Positions 61,601 through 64,000 of a stretch of 64,000 nt of DNA are shown in pieces. The translations under genes and the position numbers were made by a program. Origin of the DNA: Ostrea edulis (Eukaryota); contig NC_079166.1 in the NCBI RefSeq assembly GCF_947568905.1, positions 70,308,001 to 70,372,000 of the forward strand, read 5' to 3'. A model generated the notes under the pieces. That model was not told where the DNA came from. It saw only the letters and a list, made by a program, of their open reading frames with translations, and made no database searches. The stretch's first letter is position 1. Every line of letters starts with the position of its first letter.

Positions 61601-63257
61601 CCTTAACTCAGACAGCAATTGTTAACATGGCCTTTTTGACTTTTCCAGTGACCTTCAGACAGAGCTGCCGGTGACAGGAGTGGACACTGTTGAGGAACCA
61701 CCCAGCACAGACATTGACAAGCTTTACGAAGAATATGTGGCTACTCAGACCAGAAAAAACTGGAAGTTCTACCTTGTATCCTCTTCAAACTTGATGTACA
61801 TTTACAAGCCTCTTTTGGTGTGTGATGCAGTGAGGAATTCATGTTTATATTGAAAACTATTTTAGTTTCCACCAATTAAAACCTTTGTAAGAATGTTAGG
61901 GTCCGGTCAAATGGCAGGTGCTCTGTAATAATCGCTCTGTTTCTCCATCAGCACTTCCTATGGCATGCAACAGGGTTTTCGATAAGTAAGCAGGTGAATT
62001 AGAATTTTAAACAGGTCATGTTGAGCATCATTACCCATTACATCAACTATCTGTCACATAAGATATGATTGAATGCATGTATATATTGCTTATTCATTAA
62101 AATTGCAATTTCATGAATGAAAAATCACTTCATGTAATTTAAAAATCTTTTGGGAACAAACCCAACAACTTAGTATTGATGCTTGAGGTCGCTTCGTTTT
62201 TGTTTATTTACATTCGTATTGAACATTAATGTTTTCATTCCATTGTCAACTTTCAGGATAGCTCAGATGTAACCCATGCATAAAGCAACCCACACATGAC
62301 CCAAAATAGCATCAGTATTTTATTATTAGGGGAAAAAACAAGGTTGGAACTGATATTGATACATTGTTCTATTTTATTGAGAATCATGTCATCACATTTG
62401 AGGAAACTCGAGCTGGCAATTTCTTTCAATCAGAACGGCAACATTTAGCCAGGTGTCACTGCATATTGAAAACCCTGCATGCAATAACTTAAGTTTCCTT
62501 TGGAAGATTTTCAAAAATTTTATATCCTTGGATTAAACAGAGAATTTTAGACCCTTCTCAATTTTCAGGCTTCTGTCTGGCTGTCCGTCAGCATTTGCCA
62601 TGACACTGCCACACGATAAGTTTCTTTTGGGAGATTTTCATAACTTTAATACGTAATACTTCGATTAGGCAAAGGAAAACCCCTTTCTATTTCAATGTTT
62701 ATCAGCCTTGTCATTACAGAGTTATGGGACTTCCAGCACTTTCTATTTCAATGTTTATCAGCCTTGTCATTACAGAGTTATGGGACTTCCAGCACTTTCT
62801 ATGTCATCCCAGCCTCCAAAATATTCATTGCAGGACCCTTTCGAACTTGTCAGTTTTTTAGTGTTTTGATATATTGATTTCAAAAATGAATCTCAGTAGG
62901 AGCATTCATGTCGTACTTGCACATTAAGTTAAACTGGCCCATAATTTTTGCAAATACTTTTTACTTTAAGGCTACATATTTGGCATGAACATTCCTTTAT
63001 ATGACAATTTGAATTCATTGCACTGATAAATCTCACCCAAAAAAATCAAAGGATGGGGCCCCAATTTGATGTATTTTTAATATCACATTACAATTGTTGA
63101 TGACAAGTTTCCTTAAGTCTTTATCAGTTCAGTTTCATGATGAGGCCTCTGTTTGAGTCCTTTAAAGTCATGATTACCTCAACGACGTCTGATGAGTTTT
63201 CCCAATCGGTCAACAACTGGGTCAAGGAAAAACTTTCACTGCCAAAACTAAGGATAG
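58009..63257 (+). CDS. Mondo/ChREBP (MLXIP/MLXIPL)-family bHLH-Zip + DCD protein, short form, 3' end missing
   Basis: Exons 58009-58083 (least certain; an upstream in-frame ATG lies at 57916), 59054-59242, 59953-60037, 60695-60794, 61649-61775 and 63128-63257 join in frame. Product includes KRDSHIKAEYRRRDKIQKGFESLRSLVP..ESKAVMLFKTAEYC..ELPVTGV..NWKFYLFSFMMRPLFESF..W..KLSLPKLR, which follows the ChREBP/MondoA C-terminal pattern rather than MLX. Confidence 0.85.
58258..58347 (-). CDS. Candidate 29-aa micropeptide MKLLLCGVKKYDDVYEDVLDAVNSLIQGL, nested antisense in intron 1 of the Mondo-like gene
   Basis: ATG at 58347 and tandem stops TAA TAG. The codons show a GNN bias. TATATAAA lies at 58417-58410, CCAAT at 58467-58463, and ATTAAA ~25 nt after the stop. 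Confidence 0.45.
58391..58467 (-). promoter_or_regulatory. CCAAT + TATA + Inr-like arrangement upstream of the small ORF
   Basis: On the minus strand: CCAATC (58467), CATGTG E-box (~58439-58434), TATATAAA (58417) and TCAATTT with its A at 58391, 26 nt after the first T of TATA. Confidence 0.45.
58558..58565. promoter_or_regulatory. Full CRE palindrome TGACGTCA
   Basis: Exact 8-bp CREB/ATF site, ~140 bp upstream of the small-ORF TATA box. Confidence 0.4.
61776..63127 (+). other. U12-type (minor spliceosome) GT-AG intron
   Basis: 5' site GTATCCTCT; branch site TTCCTTAAG at 63109-63117, ~11 nt from the AG; no long pyrimidine tract. Splicing restores NWKFYL/FSFMMRPLFESF. Confidence 0.85.
62683..62802. 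repeat. Exact 56-bp tandem duplication
   Basis: CTTTCTATTTCAATGTTTATCAGCCTTGTCATTACAGAGTTATGGGACTTCCAGCA x2 plus 8 bp. Confidence 0.9.
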
Positions 63258-63688
63258 GTAATGCACATATTTGATCTGCTACAGAAGTACATTGTTGGGT
63301 GCACATTATTTGTTATGAAAAGGCTGTCAGAATATGCTGTGTGCTGGCATGCCCATTGTCGTTTAATATGGACAACATTGTTAGGAGCTGGCAAATCAGG
63401 TGCTTTTCTATGAAAACAAGTAACTATTTCATAGGTACTTAATTGACCATGGATAAATGAATTTTTCAGAAGATAAAGTATGTATTGAAATGTCTCTAGC
63501 ATTGTGCAAATCAAAATTAGTGCCGTATGTCTTTGATCCACTCTGTGAATCACAATACTGAGTTCCAAAATATAGGATATTTTAACCAAGATAATATTTA
63601 GATTTAGCCAATCAAAACACATCGTTGATTACCCTTGTGTGCTTCTTCATTCTTTCCATGTGACAACTTCAAAACATTGAAAATGTGT

Positions 63689-63817
63689 NNNNNNNNNNNN
63701 NNNNNNNNNNNNNNNNNNNNNNNNNNNNNNNNNNNNNNNNNNNNNNNNNNNNNNNNNNNNNNNNNNNNNNNNNNNNNNNNNNNNNNNNNNNNNNNNNNNN
63801 NNNNNNNNNNNNNNNNN
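63689..63817. other. Assembly gap
   Basis: Run of N. Confidence 1.
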
Positions 63818-64000
63818 TAGGGCAAGTCAGTTAAGAAAGGACACCTGTCACTCAAATGAATTTGTAAGCCCCTGAATGCATTTTTGCTCGTATGTTTAGT
63901 ATTGTTTAATTAAAAACAAACAAGTGCATGCACATAGACTAGTACATTTTCTCTTTATTTCGGCTGCAGTTAAATGAACTTTCAAGATCGTGGGATTATT

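Noticed and set aside
63840-64000. Candidate final exon of the Mondo-like gene (acceptors near 63899 and 63970)
   Set aside because: Both hit stops within 2-4 codons without the expected Mondo C-terminal residues. The true exon may be in the gap or beyond the window.

Overview
AT-rich eukaryotic genomic DNA, not prokaryotic. The repeat families (Cg170-like ~170-bp units inside non-autonomous Helentron/pearl-type elements, an (AATC)n-tailed SINE) point to an ostreid oyster (Crassostrea/Magallana); this assignment is inference. Six protein-coding genes can be reconstructed by hand from splice signals and reading frames. They are: a RERG/RASL11-12-type Ras-like GTPase (-, 4 exons); CDC37 (-, 11 exons, one GC-AG intron); an intronless SPTLC1 (+), head-to-head with CDC37; an intronless PGP/chronophin-type HAD phosphatase (-) with a presequence-like N-terminus; an orphan multi-exon gene (+) for a disordered, motif-rich protein, whose exon-2 donor has been amplified eight-fold by a 72-bp minisatellite; and a short Mondo/ChREBP-family bHLH-Zip gene (+) with no visible N-terminal glucose-sensing module, carrying a U12-type intron and running into an assembly gap. 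The most intriguing unannotated signal is a 29-codon ORF with its own CCAAT/TATA/Inr-like arrangement, nested antisense in intron 1 of the Mondo-like gene. The rest is a dense mosaic of MITEs, foldback and palindromic elements, SINEs, a decayed Penelope-like element, nested insertions and minisatellites. Coordinates were read by eye; element boundaries may be off by a few bases. No database searches were run.
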